Part shown: positions 8,436 to 18,434 of the stretch, piece after piece | How positions within the stretch are numbered: the first letter of the stretch is position 1 | Layout of the letters: each line of letters starts with the position of its first letter | Origin: Patescibacteria group bacterium | Lineage (GTDB): Bacteria; Patescibacteriota; Kazan-3B-28 | Reading direction: 5' to 3' | Assembly (NCBI GenBank): GCA_041649135.1 | Contig: JBAZNQ010000001.1 | Span: 445,438-509,437 of the forward strand | Length of the DNA: 64,000 nt | Position numbers and translations under genes: made by a program | Notes under the pieces: model-generated | What the model saw: only the letters and a program-made list of their open reading frames with translations | Told to the model about the DNA's origin: nothing | The model's database searches: none

Positions 8436-9960
8436 ACTACAAATTTTAATCAGTCAAATCATTAACAACCAAAAACTGCGAACAGAGGCGACGCGTAAAA
8501 ATCATTTTCTATTTTTCCACACGTACTTGGCTGATCACGTCGAATATTCAACGGCTCCCTTTCAGAAAGAAATGTTCGAACTAACCCAAGATGAAAAGTT
8601 AACATTCCTAGTGATTTGCGCTTTTCGAGGTTCGGCAAAGTCAACCTATATGAGTTTGTCATATCCGCTATGGGCGATTATGGGCGACCAGCAACGCAAG
8701 CACATCCTGATTACCAGTAAAACTCAATCGATGGTTAAACGAATCTTCGATAACCTCCGTAAGGAACTCAATGAAAACGCCTTGTTGAAATCCGACATGG
8801 GTCCTTTCCAGAGCGAACGAACCCAATGGGGTGGCGGTACATTGGAGCTAGAGAAATACGGAGCTCGAATTACTGTGGCATCCGTTGACGAGGGCATTCG
8901 AGGAATTCGACACGGAAAACATCGTCCCGACCTGATTATTGCGGACGATGTAGAGGACTTGGGTTCGGTTAGGACTAGGGAGGGTCGAGATAAAACCTAT
9001 GACTGGTTCAATGGCGACCTAATCCCAGCTGGCAGTAGGAACACTCGGATTATCGTCATTGGGAATTTGCTACACGAAGATTCACTCATTATGCGGTTGA
9101 GAGAAGAGATTAAGACCGGTAAGCGAGATGGCTTATTCAGGTTCTACCCTCTATTTGGGACTAACGGTGATTGTTTATGGCCAGGCAAATACCCCGACCA
9201 GACCAATATTGATGCCGAAAGAAAAAAGTTGGGTGATCCAGCCGCTTGGAGCCGAGAATATCTGCTAAAAATCATTTCGGATTCGGAACGAGCGGTTCAT
9301 CCGGGATGGATACATTACTACGACAAACTCCCACCTCATCGCAGCGAAAACCACAAGACAGATTTACGGTACATTGGCATTGCGGTTGACTTAGCCATCT
9401 CCGAAAAAGCATCGGCTGACTATACCGCCATAGTGTGCGGAGCCGTTTATGGTCGTGGTGAAGATATGAAAATCTATATCTTACCCGATGCGATAAACAA
9501 ACGGATTAATTTCCCCACCGTTAAGCACACCGCCACTAAGCTATGTGATGATTTTAAAGATCAAGGCTATGCCATCAAGTTGTGGTTCGACAATACTTCT
9601 TTTCAGGATGCATTCGGTCAGGACTTAGAGCTTATGGGGATTAAGGCCGAAGGATGCCCCACTCAAGGCAGTGACAAACGGACAAGGTTATCGATGACCA
9701 CTCATTTAATTCAGGAGGGCCGAATACTGTTCCCAAAACAGGGAGCCAGACCGCTCATATTACAGTTAATTGGCTTTGGTGTAGAAAAACACGACGACTT
9801 GGCCGACGCTTATACCATCCTGGCGCTGATGGCGATGAAACATAATAAACCCGACACCAACCCAATCTGTGCAAGATGGGACCGAGGTCCCTCTATAAAG
9901 GAAGATTATCTTCGAGGGTCAGGTGGTAGGGGCGGTTACCCATGGCATAGGATACTCTGA
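8419..9960 (+). CDS. Phage terminase large subunit
   Basis: Walker A FRGSAKST, Walker B LIIADDVED, and a C-terminal RNaseH-like nuclease (AVDLAISEK…DYTAIV; HDDLADAY). GGAGG RBS before ATG 8419. Confidence 0.8.
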   Translation: MSDQNELQILISQIINNQKLRTEATRKNHFLFFHTYLADHVEYSTAPFQKEMFELTQDEKLTFLVICAFRGSAKSTYMSLSYPLWAIMGDQQRKHILITSKTQSMVKRIFDNLRKELNENALLKSDMGPFQSERTQWGGGTLELEKYGARITVASVDEGIRGIRHGKHRPDLIIADDVEDLGSVRTREGRDKTYDWFNGDLIPAGSRNTRIIVIGNLLHEDSLIMRLREEIKTGKRDGLFRFYPLFGTNGDCLWPGKYPDQTNIDAERKKLGDPAAWSREYLLKIISDSERAVHPGWIHYYDKLPPHRSENHKTDLRYIGIAVDLAISEKASADYTAIVCGAVYGRGEDMKIYILPDAINKRINFPTVKHTATKLCDDFKDQGYAIKLWFDNTSFQDAFGQDLELMGIKAEGCPTQGSDKRTRLSMTTHLIQEGRILFPKQGARPLILQLIGFGVEKHDDLADAYTILALMAMKHNKPDTNPICARWDRGPSIKEDYLRGSGGRGGYPWHRIL

Positions 9961-9996
9961 TATATTCTATACTGCAGAGGTTTAATAAAACAACGT

Positions 9997-10071
9997 TGGT
10001 GCCCCCGAAAGGATTCGAACCTTTTCCAACTGCGTAGAGGGCAGTTATGCTATCCATTGCACCACGGGGGC
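9997..10071 (-). tRNA. tRNA, probably Arg (anticodon TCT), with an unusual C at position 33
   Basis: Manual fold: acceptor GCCCCCG/CGGGGGC, T-loop GGTTCGAATCC, encoded CCA. The anticodon loop CCTCTAC gives TCT; the isotype is uncertain. Confidence 0.6.
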
Positions 10072-10147
10072 TGGTGCCGAGAGAGAGAGTCGAACCTTCA
10101 ACCTGCTGCATAGGAGGCAGCTGCTCTATCCATTGAGCTATCTCGGC
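10072..10147 (-). tRNA. tRNA-Arg (CCT)
   Basis: Manual fold: acceptor GCCGAGA/TCTCGGC, anticodon stem GCTGC/GCAGC, loop CTCCTAT, encoded CCA. Confidence 0.7.
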
Positions 10148-10162
10148 ATACACAAAAAACAC

Positions 10163-10237
10163 TGGTGCCGAGGGAAGGAATTGAACCTCCTACGCAGAGC
10201 TTTTCAAGCTCTCGCTCTACCAATGAGCTACCTCGGC
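10163..10237 (-). tRNA. tRNA-Phe (GAA)
   Basis: Manual fold: acceptor GCCGAGG/CCTCGGC, anticodon loop TTGAAAA, T-loop TTCAATT, encoded CCA. Confidence 0.75.
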
Positions 10238-10506
10238 ATACAAAAAACACAACCATTCCGTCTCGTCCGAATTCGGACCTGACTTGGTTGTGTTTGCTTA
10301 TTGTCTTCTAAATCGTTTCACTACTCCTATTCTACTCCCCCAAGACTGTTGCACAAGAGACCGGAAAGGATGGATTGGCAACGCCAACCCCGTCCTATGC
10401 TCTTTGCGAACCTAGGGCTATACGTTCGTCTCTGGCCAGCCAGAGACCCCGAGGGCTGTACTACTTTGAATCTACACCGCCGAACTCTGTTAGACAAGGT
10501 ATCAGC

Positions 10507-11991
10507 CTATTTAATGTCAGATAAAAACTGGAAGATCTTAACCATCGCATAAGTGTCTAACTCACAGTATTTGGTTAGGTCTTTAAGAATCTTATCTTTC
10601 TCCTCGGCTCTTTTCCCATCTAAGACAGCTTCCATCCATAACCTTTGGGCGGCTCCACCGGCATGAATATCTAAATCCTTATATGAAAGTTCAGGGATAA
10701 GAACAGGCAATACCTGCTTGATTGAAGCACTCCCAAAGAAGTCCTTGTGAATGTAGGAACCAGTTGAGAAAGGAATCATCAAATCAACAATCCGATCATT
10801 CAGATCTTTATAAAAAGTTTTGAATTCTGGGAGTAGAAGTCCCAAAAACTCATTACAAGTCTTTTCAAAACCCTCAAACCAAACCAAGACCGTACCGCTA
10901 TCACCGATGTGCGACTTGAGCGATTCCGAGATTGGTTGTGCCGGGTTGCTGTTCTCGTGATGCAGATATTCAAAATGCTTTACCTCGCCTCCGGGCTTCT
11001 CGATGACGTGAAGAGAGTATTGAAACGGTAATTGTTTATACGGCCCTAACCCATCAAAGTACGGCACTACACTAGACAGGGTTTCGTAATCGAGGAAATA
11101 CAGGGGGTATTTTAGCTCAGACAAGAACTGCTTGATTTTTGGCTTGTCCACTAATACCTCGTCACACTTGGTTGCCTGAACTTGGCCTTGTTGTTTTACA
11201 CTAAGAGCAAAATCTTCCGGAATGTCTTTTATCTGCTTAATGCCCAATGTTTCAAGTTTGCCAATCTTACTCGCACCAGGAGCACAAAGATCATAAATAC
11301 TATATTCCTCTACCTCGGCAAGGGTCTTGAAGATCCCGAGCCAGTCATTGAAAGCCCCTAGCTTAGTCAAAGAAGGTGAAATATCTGGACACTCTTTAGA
11401 ATTCATCACCGCCAGAGCTTGTTTGATATTCTCTCTGGTAGTCTCCCGTAGTGCTTTGACTTGGTCAGTAACTTCAGTCATCTTGGCCAGATCTTTGGCC
11501 GTAACTTCTCCATTTCTAACATATTCATTGTTTACATGAACAACATAAATCTTGTTCACCTTGTAACCACAGTCTTCTAGCACTACCATCTGAAATGCCA
11601 AATCTGGCTCATGCTCTGGCTTAGCATGAGTGCTGGATTTAATCTCATAAAGATCGAACTCATTGTCCTTAACCCGAACCAACACATCGCAGATACAAGT
11701 AATGTCACCAGCTTCAAAGCGACCCTGCATAATAGTGATCGCCCCAGACTCTATCACTTGTTTCGTCTCGGCAGTTAACCTTGCGTATGCCTTATAGTCT
11801 CCTCGATCATATTCTAGCTTTGTGGCATCAGGGAAAAGCTGTTCGGCATATGTCTCGAACAGGAAACCAGCATCAAAAATCGCCTGTGTGTCTTCATCTA
11901 CAGGGGGTAATTTATCTTTGGCGTGTTTCTTGAGCCAGAGCCAGGCCGGATGGCGGAGAAACAACATATAATCTGACTTTGAGAGTTGCAT
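10507..11991 (-). CDS. DUF2779-like protein: N-terminal PD-(D/E)xK (RecB/Cas4-like) nuclease plus C-terminal RNaseH-like exonuclease domain
   Basis: D…EIK motif (CDVLVRV…DLYEIK) and a C-terminal FLDYETL… region. Confidence 0.55.
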   Translation of the reverse strand: MQLSKSDYMLFLRHPAWLWLKKHAKDKLPPVDEDTQAIFDAGFLFETYAEQLFPDATKLEYDRGDYKAYARLTAETKQVIESGAITIMQGRFEAGDITCICDVLVRVKDNEFDLYEIKSSTHAKPEHEPDLAFQMVVLEDCGYKVNKIYVVHVNNEYVRNGEVTAKDLAKMTEVTDQVKALRETTRENIKQALAVMNSKECPDISPSLTKLGAFNDWLGIFKTLAEVEEYSIYDLCAPGASKIGKLETLGIKQIKDIPEDFALSVKQQGQVQATKCDEVLVDKPKIKQFLSELKYPLYFLDYETLSSVVPYFDGLGPYKQLPFQYSLHVIEKPGGEVKHFEYLHHENSNPAQPISESLKSHIGDSGTVLVWFEGFEKTCNEFLGLLLPEFKTFYKDLNDRIVDLMIPFSTGSYIHKDFFGSASIKQVLPVLIPELSYKDLDIHAGGAAQRLWMEAVLDGKRAEEKDKILKDLTKYCELDTYAMVKIFQFLSDIK

Positions 11992-12085
11992 AAATTTATT
12001 TTGAACTATTTTTTACAATCTCTATCTCCTCTGGGGTAAGGTTATAGAGCCGATAAACCATCTGATTAATTTGATTTTCGTATTC

Positions 12086-14353
12086 TTAATTCAGGTTAAG
12101 AATTTGAAACTCTTTTAGTGAAGGGTTGTAAGAATATTTTACGCCTCTATTAATCTTCCAGCCGTTTGGTCCGTCTTGTACGACAATCCCTCCATCAAAG
12201 CCCTTCTTGCCTTTAAGCCATTTTTGGAGCGCTTCGGCTTTATATCTCGTGTCACCACTTTCTGCAGTTAAACCCGCTTTAGTATCAAAGATACAAACAG
12301 CGGCTTTTGTCTGTACTATCCAGTCAGGATAAAATAGTTTTTCTTTATTTTCGTCTGTGTTGTAGTAAGAAATTGAAAAATATTCGCTCCCAACATCGCC
12401 ATTCTTATACCACCAAATAACATTTTTGGATGATTCGAGAAATTTAATAAACGCCTCCTCATTGATCCGCCCAGAGTATGCTTTTTCTATCCAAAATGGT
12501 TCCATTGCTGATTTCTTGACTGGTAATGACTCATATTGATCAGTAAAAAATAGAGTACCACGAGGGATATCAATATGCTCGATGCGTCGTGCGCGAGAAG
12601 ATCGCCTATTCACTTCTTGCTCCCGAACGGGACGATATGTCGAAAGTGAATCGCCGATAAGTGGTGCAAGTACCCCTGCCGGGCTAACGAGATCATTTAC
12701 GATAATTCGATAGACGTCAGCTCGAGAGATACCAAGCTTATTCATTAACCAAACATTTAAGGCCGTTTTTAGTTTTCCCCATGATCGTTCAGGGGCGAAT
12801 TTTTTGTTTTCGTCAACCTGGTTGGCGATTATCTTAAAACAAAGAAGGTTATAGAGTCGCTCAAGGTCATGCCGTGACATTTCTTGATCATGACTTCCGC
12901 CCTCCGCAAAAAGTTCTTTTGTGAAATTATCATAGTCATCTATTTCTACGCCAACAATTAAACCGTTTGTTACTTTTGGTTTCAGGTTCAATCTCTTAAC
13001 ATCAAATTTTTTATCAGCAACCTGTTTAAAAGTTTCTTGGAATGAGTCTCCCAAGTCGTTGTAGTCAGTGCGAGTCATAAAAATCGACTCTAGTTGAATT
13101 GGCTTTACATTCTTTTTACGATAACTGGCATTCGGTGAAGGACGATTTTCCGTTTTTGATTTTGCATACTCAGCAAGTACTTCGTTTCTCTTATAGTTAG
13201 TATAGAGATAACCCAAATTCAACTCTGGTTTAGGAAAGTGATAACCAAATGGCATACGTAAGATTCGTCCCACGGTTTGAATCGCAAAAGTGGGATTTTT
13301 AATTTCCCTGAACATCACCAGTACACTTGCTCTGGGGCAGTCCCAACCAGTAGCGGCGGCCTGTTTAAAAAGCAGAAATGCTACTGGAGAGTCGCTCTTT
13401 TCTAAATCCTCAAGGTTCTCCTTTTCCCTTGAAAGCCAAACGGCAATCTCATCGTTTTTTAGACCCTTACGCTTCAGATACTCCGAAACTATTGCCTGTT
13501 TCGTTGTCCCACCTGCTTCTTTAGACGCCTGATCATCGTTTGGTAACTGAATAAGAACGAGCGGATTGACCTTTATATCCAGCTCTTTGTATAAAGCAAT
13601 AATCTCTTTGCGCTTATTGTAGGCAAGTTCTAGGAGTAATTCGTCCTGATCGAGATTTTTGATTGTTTGTTGCTCTAAATCCTCTTCGGTTTGAAAAACA
13701 ATCTTTTCCTTAATAAGACCTGCTTCAATAACGTCTAACCTCGGCACATCAACAAACTTATATATCTCTCCTAATTTTGGTTCAAACAATGGTGTAGCTG
13801 AAACTCGAAGAGTAATTTTGGGTTTTACTAAGGCAATTACCTCATCCGCCAAAGCTGATCGAGTCCCCAACTGCTCTTCATCTATAATCAATACAATTTT
13901 TATTCCTGCCTCATGACTTTCGTTAATAAAATTATCAAAAGTGAGTCCAGTTTCATTTTCACGACGCAACTTTCGGCTTGCTTTGTCAGTGGCTTTGATC
14001 TTCTGCCAATTTATGAAAAATACATTATTTCTCTGTAACCTTCCGCGAGATAGGTCATTCAGATCAATCAAATCCAACTCTGAAGCTCCACCGTAATACT
14101 CAAAAAGTTTCTTTTTGCTTTGCTCATACGAATCCTCGCTGAAAGAAAACCAAATAAACGAGACGTCGTTACCCTCAAACCGAGGATCACTAACAATATC
14201 CCGTAAAAACTGTGCGAGCATGATTGTTTTGCCAGAACCAGTTGGTGACTTAAAAACCAATGGAATATTCTGATTTGGATTCTTCCACAACTCAAGAAAG
14301 TCATTCTTGAGATTAGATATCGCAGCTTCCTGAAAAGGTTTTAATACCAACAT
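12086..14353 (-). CDS. res: Type III restriction enzyme Res subunit (SF2 helicase-nuclease)
   Basis: Walker A SPTGSGKT and a DEEQ box. 755 aa, immediately downstream of the mod gene. Confidence 0.8.
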   Translation of the reverse strand: MLVLKPFQEAAISNLKNDFLELWKNPNQNIPLVFKSPTGSGKTIMLAQFLRDIVSDPRFEGNDVSFIWFSFSEDSYEQSKKKLFEYYGGASELDLIDLNDLSRGRLQRNNVFFINWQKIKATDKASRKLRRENETGLTFDNFINESHEAGIKIVLIIDEEQLGTRSALADEVIALVKPKITLRVSATPLFEPKLGEIYKFVDVPRLDVIEAGLIKEKIVFQTEEDLEQQTIKNLDQDELLLELAYNKRKEIIALYKELDIKVNPLVLIQLPNDDQASKEAGGTTKQAIVSEYLKRKGLKNDEIAVWLSREKENLEDLEKSDSPVAFLLFKQAAATGWDCPRASVLVMFREIKNPTFAIQTVGRILRMPFGYHFPKPELNLGYLYTNYKRNEVLAEYAKSKTENRPSPNASYRKKNVKPIQLESIFMTRTDYNDLGDSFQETFKQVADKKFDVKRLNLKPKVTNGLIVGVEIDDYDNFTKELFAEGGSHDQEMSRHDLERLYNLLCFKIIANQVDENKKFAPERSWGKLKTALNVWLMNKLGISRADVYRIIVNDLVSPAGVLAPLIGDSLSTYRPVREQEVNRRSSRARRIEHIDIPRGTLFFTDQYESLPVKKSAMEPFWIEKAYSGRINEEAFIKFLESSKNVIWWYKNGDVGSEYFSISYYNTDENKEKLFYPDWIVQTKAAVCIFDTKAGLTAESGDTRYKAEALQKWLKGKKGFDGGIVVQDGPNGWKINRGVKYSYNPSLKEFQILNLN

Positions 14354-14357
14354 AGAC

Positions 14358-16121
14358 TTATAGACGGTTTAACTCTTTGTATACCTCAAGAATCGGCTCA
14401 GGGATATCCTCGACTCGGATATTTTCCGAAGAATATTCACCTTTATATTCATTTTTACCCCAGCTAAAAATGTATAAAGCAACCGGCATATCTTTCTTCC
14501 CCAAACTTTTGACTAACTCCTCCAGCTTTGATTTATCTTCCTGAAAATAAATTGCAGACATCTGTTCATGTCCTCGAAATATCTGCCACCAATCGTTCCT
14601 CTCGATTTCATTAAGTGTATCTTCTCGCACCGCAATCATCTCTCCGGCTTGATAGGTAATGCGAATTTTTGCCTCATCCGGCACTTTGTGGATTTGTTCA
14701 ATATCCACGAGGTCAGTTTGGTAATACCAGAAGTTGCTCGGAATACCTAATACTTTATCGTCATTTTTATTCTTATATCCATTAATGACAGCATTGATAC
14801 GGGGGTAGCAAACTGATTCGGCAATGCCCCCATTGCCGTCATTATTATTTTCGTTATTAGTACAGAGTATAAATTTACGGTTACCACCATCCGCCTTATT
14901 CATCTCTAAAACAGCATGCCCAGTTGTCCCTGAGCCAGCAAAAAAGTCTAAAATATTTGCGTTTGGACGTGCACCTACAACAGCAAAAATACAGTCATAT
15001 ACAGTATAAAGTGACTTGGGGAAATCAAAATCACAATCTGGGATTATCTCACGCAGAAGCTTTGTTCCATACTCACCTGCATCATATTTCTTATCCGTCC
15101 AAACGGTTTTGTATGTTCCGTAATCTTTTGCAATCATTATCTGGATCATTCCGCCGTGCGATTCCTTAACCTGAAGGATATCTTTTATTCCCTCAACACT
15201 CTGTCTTGCATATCGCCACTTTCGTTCAACGCCCTTTTCGTCAATTGGCCAAACATAAACACTACCATCTTTTTTCTTTTCGTTTGCCGACTTCGGATGA
15301 ACATCGTCAGATACAACATTACCGAAGCCAATAATCTTTCCACTTTTTATGATCAATGGGTAGAAACAATTTCTTGCATCTGTACGCTTAGACTCATTGC
15401 CCCAATTACGCAAATTGGAAATATAGACCTCATCCTTAGCAAGAGAACGATCGCCGATGGTCTTTTTATTCTTCGGAACAACAAAAATTGCATATTCATG
15501 AGTATAGGAAAAGTTAGTGCCTTGGACACCCTTGGGATTATGAATAATGGTTACCGTATGTTGTTCGTGTGTTGGGAACAATTGCTCAATCAGCACTCCC
15601 AAATGTGCCTGCTCATTATCATCAATCGCACAAATCATTACACCATCATCTTTCAATAAATCTTTTGCCAAGCTGAGGCGATGGCGCATAAATGAGAGCC
15701 ACTTACTGTGTCTGTATTCGTCATCCCGATCCACATAATCATTGTTGTATTTCCAGTTTTTTGCGCCTGTGTTATACGGCGGATCAATGTAGATGAGATC
15801 AATATTCTTTTTGTGGGTGTAGTTGAGAACCGACAGTGCGAGATAGTTATCACCCTCAATCATCAAGTTATTCGGATACGCCTCGTCCAAATTAAGGCGG
15901 TTTTTAACAACTTCTTTCAGAACGGGGACTTTGATTTTTGATTGCTCAACAACATCTTCCATCTTGTCTTCAAAAACCAGCCCAAGATTGTTCTTCTTGA
16001 GTTTTTTGATTTGAGCTTGTAAATCCGCCACCTCTTTTTGTAAATCTTTTCCAGACATAATAATCACCCTTAAGCCATTCGACTCTAGCTCTATTATGGC
16101 TTCTTGCGAAGCTTTTTCCAA
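14358..16121 (-). CDS. mod: Type III R-M Mod subunit (N6-adenine DNA methyltransferase)
   Basis: DLIYIDPPYNTG (motif IV) and FFAGSGTTGHA (motif I). Confidence 0.85.
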   Translation of the reverse strand: MEKASQEAIIELESNGLRVIIMSGKDLQKEVADLQAQIKKLKKNNLGLVFEDKMEDVVEQSKIKVPVLKEVVKNRLNLDEAYPNNLMIEGDNYLALSVLNYTHKKNIDLIYIDPPYNTGAKNWKYNNDYVDRDDEYRHSKWLSFMRHRLSLAKDLLKDDGVMICAIDDNEQAHLGVLIEQLFPTHEQHTVTIIHNPKGVQGTNFSYTHEYAIFVVPKNKKTIGDRSLAKDEVYISNLRNWGNESKRTDARNCFYPLIIKSGKIIGFGNVVSDDVHPKSANEKKKDGSVYVWPIDEKGVERKWRYARQSVEGIKDILQVKESHGGMIQIMIAKDYGTYKTVWTDKKYDAGEYGTKLLREIIPDCDFDFPKSLYTVYDCIFAVVGARPNANILDFFAGSGTTGHAVLEMNKADGGNRKFILCTNNENNNDGNGGIAESVCYPRINAVINGYKNKNDDKVLGIPSNFWYYQTDLVDIEQIHKVPDEAKIRITYQAGEMIAVREDTLNEIERNDWWQIFRGHEQMSAIYFQEDKSKLEELVKSLGKKDMPVALYIFSWGKNEYKGEYSSENIRVEDIPEPILEVYKELNRL

Positions 16122-16200
16122 ATCTGATTTTGTCTGGACTTCGCCACCCCTTCGGGCATCCTTGTCCTTGATATAGCCCTATAGACAAATGGAGAAAAAT

Positions 16201-17556
16201 ATGGCGAAAAATGAAGCAATTCTGGGAGCTCCCGAGGGGTCTTCGGAGGCCCTTGAGCAACCACAAGGAGCCAAGTACTGTCTCTATGCCCGGAAGTCCT
16301 CAGAGCAGGATGAACGGCAGGCCCTTTCCATAGATAGCCAAATTAAGGAGATGTTGGCGATGGCCGAAAGGGACGGGATAGAGATCGTGGAGACTATCAA
16401 GGAAAGCCACTCAGCCAAGGACTCAGGCCAAAGACCTGCCTTTACCGAGCTTCTACTGAGAATCCGAGAAGGTGATTTCAATGGCATTCTGACATGGGCT
16501 CCAGACCGATTAAGCCGAAATGCCGGAGACCTCGGCTCCCTTGTCGACCTTATGGACCAAGGGCTTCTGCATGAAATCAGAACTCATGGTCAGATATTCA
16601 GAAACTCCCCTAACGAGAAGTTCCTCTTGATGATTCTCTGTAGCCAAGCCAAATTGGAAAATGACAACAAAGGCGTAAATGTTAAGCGAGGGATGCGAAC
16701 CAAATGTGAAATGGGCTGGCGACCGGGAGTCGCCCCCATAGGATATCTCAACAACTACGCAGATAACACTATTACGGTAGACCCGGAAAGAGCTCCCATC
16801 ATCAAAGAAATATTCAATAAGGTGGCCAAGCAGGGAGATTCAGGGCGCGACATTTTCAACTGGATCAACAATGAGACTTCCTTTATTACTAGAGGGGGCA
16901 AAAAAATGCCCTTGAGCACAATTTTTCTGATTCTCAAAAATAGCTTCTACTACGGAGAGTACACATACGGCGAGGGAACCTACCACGGCAAACATGAGCC
17001 ACTTATCACAAAAGAGCTATTTGATGAGGTGCAAGTCAGAATTTCCAAACCCGCCCATGGCCGTCATGGCGAGAAATGTTTCGCCTTCGCCAGAATGATG
17101 ACCTGTGGCCAATGCGGAGCCGGAATTACTGCCGAAGAAAAATTCAAGCGATTAAAGAATGGCGATATGATACGCCATATTTACTACCACTGTACCGACG
17201 GCAAAAGACTCGGCTGTAAACAACCCTATGTTAGGGAGGCAGATCTCATCGAACAATTTGTAGAAATAGTAGACAAGCTAACCTTAGACAGGATAGGGAT
17301 GAAGGATAGGTTACAAGAAGAAATAGACCGCTACAACAAGTTTACGCAAGGCGTGTTGGGGATGGACCCTTCCACTCAGAAGATGCCTCGAGTAGATCTA
17401 AAAATGTACGCCAAGTACATCCTGCGAGAAGGTCGCAACGAAGAAAAGAGAGAGGTGCTGAGCCACATCCAAAACAAAGTTGTACTGAATCAAGGGAAAC
17501 TAAAACTACAGGATAATAAGCAAGCCAACATGCCGGAAGTAACCCGCGTCAACTAA
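16201..17556 (+). CDS. Large serine recombinase (resolvase/invertase N-domain, recombinase domain, zinc ribbon)
   Basis: YARKSS catalytic serine motif, DRLSRN, and a CGQCG…YYHC zinc ribbon. GGAG RBS before ATG 16201. Paralog of 29847..31451. Confidence 0.85.
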   Translation: MAKNEAILGAPEGSSEALEQPQGAKYCLYARKSSEQDERQALSIDSQIKEMLAMAERDGIEIVETIKESHSAKDSGQRPAFTELLLRIREGDFNGILTWAPDRLSRNAGDLGSLVDLMDQGLLHEIRTHGQIFRNSPNEKFLLMILCSQAKLENDNKGVNVKRGMRTKCEMGWRPGVAPIGYLNNYADNTITVDPERAPIIKEIFNKVAKQGDSGRDIFNWINNETSFITRGGKKMPLSTIFLILKNSFYYGEYTYGEGTYHGKHEPLITKELFDEVQVRISKPAHGRHGEKCFAFARMMTCGQCGAGITAEEKFKRLKNGDMIRHIYYHCTDGKRLGCKQPYVREADLIEQFVEIVDKLTLDRIGMKDRLQEEIDRYNKFTQGVLGMDPSTQKMPRVDLKMYAKYILREGRNEEKREVLSHIQNKVVLNQGKLKLQDNKQANMPEVTRVN

Positions 17557-17777
17557 TTTATTAAGCCCTGGATGCAGGTCGCTCGACCTGCATAATCAGT
17601 TGATTGACCCAAGTTGGGATATGCCCTAAGACAATCTTCGTAACCCTTGGTGGCTCGACCTTCTTTTAGAATAGGATAATCCTCTACGGAGAGCTGATCA
17701 CTACAGCTGACTGATGCCACACCGATAAACACAATAACCAATACGAGAATGATTGTGAAAATTAAAACTTTTTTCAT
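17553..17777 (-). CDS. Small secreted/lipoprotein-like protein
   Basis: Signal peptide MKKVLIFTIILVLVIVFIGVASVSC. Confidence 0.4.
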   Translation of the reverse strand: MKKVLIFTIILVLVIVFIGVASVSCSDQLSVEDYPILKEGRATKGYEDCLRAYPNLGQSTDYAGRATCIQGLIN

Positions 17778-17789
17778 CTTAGTAAACCT

Positions 17790-18386
17790 TTATTTATAGA
17801 GCGAGTAATATTCTTTCCCTGCTTGCCAAAGATATTGATCAATCGTTTTTGGATCATATTGTGTCAGCCCGTAGAATGTTCTGAACTCGTCAATAATCTC
17901 TCGGAACTTGGGATAATCCTTTAAGTCCTGGTTGCTAAACTTAGCAAACTGATCAGTTCGCTTGAAATGGAGCAATAGTTTTTCCACATAGGAATCGTAG
18001 ATTGGATAAATCTTGGGTTGGTGACGACTACAATACTTGGTGGCAAATGAATAAAAACGGCGAGTCTTTCCGCCGTTCATCTTTACCGTAGCAATCTGAT
18101 TAACAATTCCGAGGTCTCCCCGCTTCAGTCCTTCATCTATCCCCAAGCTCTGGATATGCCGAGCCACGGTCAGCGGATCAAGGATGTTCGTGCTGTATAA
18201 AACATTGAGAGAGCACACCTTAATCAGAATGTCGTCTAGATTGTTATTGAGAGGATAGGTTGTTAAAAATAGCTTATTTAAACTACTCTCCTTTAACCCA
18301 TCTTCCTTTTGTGAACCCCACGGTTTGAGATAGCGTTCTACCTCTTGTAGGGTTGGGCGTGGTATCGTTAGTCCTTCTCGGCTCAT
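17790..18386 (-). CDS. Hypothetical protein
   Basis: 198-aa ORF. Confidence 0.45.
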   Translation of the reverse strand: MSREGLTIPRPTLQEVERYLKPWGSQKEDGLKESSLNKLFLTTYPLNNNLDDILIKVCSLNVLYSTNILDPLTVARHIQSLGIDEGLKRGDLGIVNQIATVKMNGGKTRRFYSFATKYCSRHQPKIYPIYDSYVEKLLLHFKRTDQFAKFSNQDLKDYPKFREIIDEFRTFYGLTQYDPKTIDQYLWQAGKEYYSLYK

Positions 18387-18434
18387 GGTTGACCCTCTTT
18401 CCGGTGAGTCGCCCTGGCCTCTAATTGATTAATC

